A DNA stretch of 64,000 bases from Ranitomeya imitator (Eukaryota): the NCBI RefSeq assembly GCF_032444005.1, contig NC_091284.1, positions 482,794,001 through 482,858,000 of the forward strand, in the 5' to 3' direction. The notes under the pieces were generated by a model. That model searched no databases, was not told the DNA's origin, and worked only from the letters and a program-made list of their open reading frames with translations. Shown in pieces: positions 63,147 through 64,000 of this stretch. The stretch's first letter is position 1. Every line of letters begins with the position of its first letter. Position numbers and translations under genes: made by a program.

Positions 63147-63629
63147 TACATCACACATTTTTCACATCTTCCTCAATGGTCATCTCTCCATCTGTTGCAG
63201 CAAGTGGGCAGAATATTTCATTCACTCCCTGCCCTCAGTCTTTTCATTCTTGTAAGCTGAAGCACTGTCATGCTGCTTTACAACTTAGGAGTAGGGATGA
63301 CAAAAGACATATGGCAGAAGTCTGGCACCTCTACATTAAGCTGCAAACATCTTGCTAGATAGCTCATAGTCAACCTCAGCAGGGCATCTTAGTAAGTGGT
63401 AATGCCAGAAACATTGTGGCTTCAAAGTTATTGGGAAAGTAACAAAAGCTGCCTGCATGCCAAATGTCCTCAATTTTATTATGCAAGATTTTTTAAACAA
63501 ATATACTTGATTGAACAAGTTGATACTCATGGCCAGGACAGTATGTGAGCACTTGGATCATTCTTAGGTTATAAAGATTGACTCCCTGGATTTATAGTGA
63601 CAGATTGGAATGACTAAACACCTCCTGAT

Positions 63630-64000
63630 TAGATATGAGCAAACCCGAACAGTACCGTTAGGCTTCTGTACCGAACACCTACTGTTTGGGTACAGACACC
63701 GAATACGGATTTAACCATTAAGTCCGTGTTACTGTTCAGTCACTGGACTACTGCTTGCATCAACCTAAGCCTGCAGCCGCTAAGAGCAGGAGCGGCTGAT
63801 GGAAGCATTCATCAGCTGGCACATGCGCTGTAAATAAATAATAATAATTTTTAAAAAACAGTGTGGGTTCCCCAGCATTTTTGATAACCAGCCAGGCCAT
63901 GCTAAATCAGACAACTGGGGGCTGGTACTCTCAGACTGGTAAAGGGCCATGGATATTGTGCAATCAGTCAAAAAATAGCAGCCCTTAACCGCCCAGAAAA
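63630..64000 (+). mobile_element. Left end of a hAT-type MITE, running off the window
   Basis: TAGATATGAGCAAACCCGAAC terminus (TAGAGATGAGC family) with CCGAAC subterminal repeats. Confidence 0.55.

Overview
This is eukaryotic, almost certainly anuran (frog) genomic DNA, inferred from its transposon repertoire: T2/Kolobok, hAT, piggyBac and Harbinger MITEs, Tc1, CR1, L2, Penelope-like elements (PLE) and copia. It is essentially all nested mobile elements and tandem repeats. I could not support any host protein-coding exon, rRNA or CRISPR array. Main components: (1) a >10.9-kb hAT element with a near-intact ~1190-aa zf-BED/DDE transposase and three internal tandem arrays, inserted into a copia integrase; (2) a 2.9-kb inversion with a 266-bp duplication next to a 5'-truncated PLE; (3) a 10.45-kb decayed hAT with a perfect 8-bp target-site duplication (TSD), containing an ERV-like LTR with a tRNA-Asn primer-binding site (PBS), PLE fragments with hammerhead-ribozyme motifs, MITEs and an L2 tail; (4) two piggyBac-type non-autonomous elements carrying TTAGGG arrays, one hosting a Tc1 that is one nonsense codon from intact; (5) further Tc1/mariner relics, a solo LTR and a tRNA-Cys pseudogene. 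All coordinates were read by eye. No database searches were run, so family names rest on remembered motifs.
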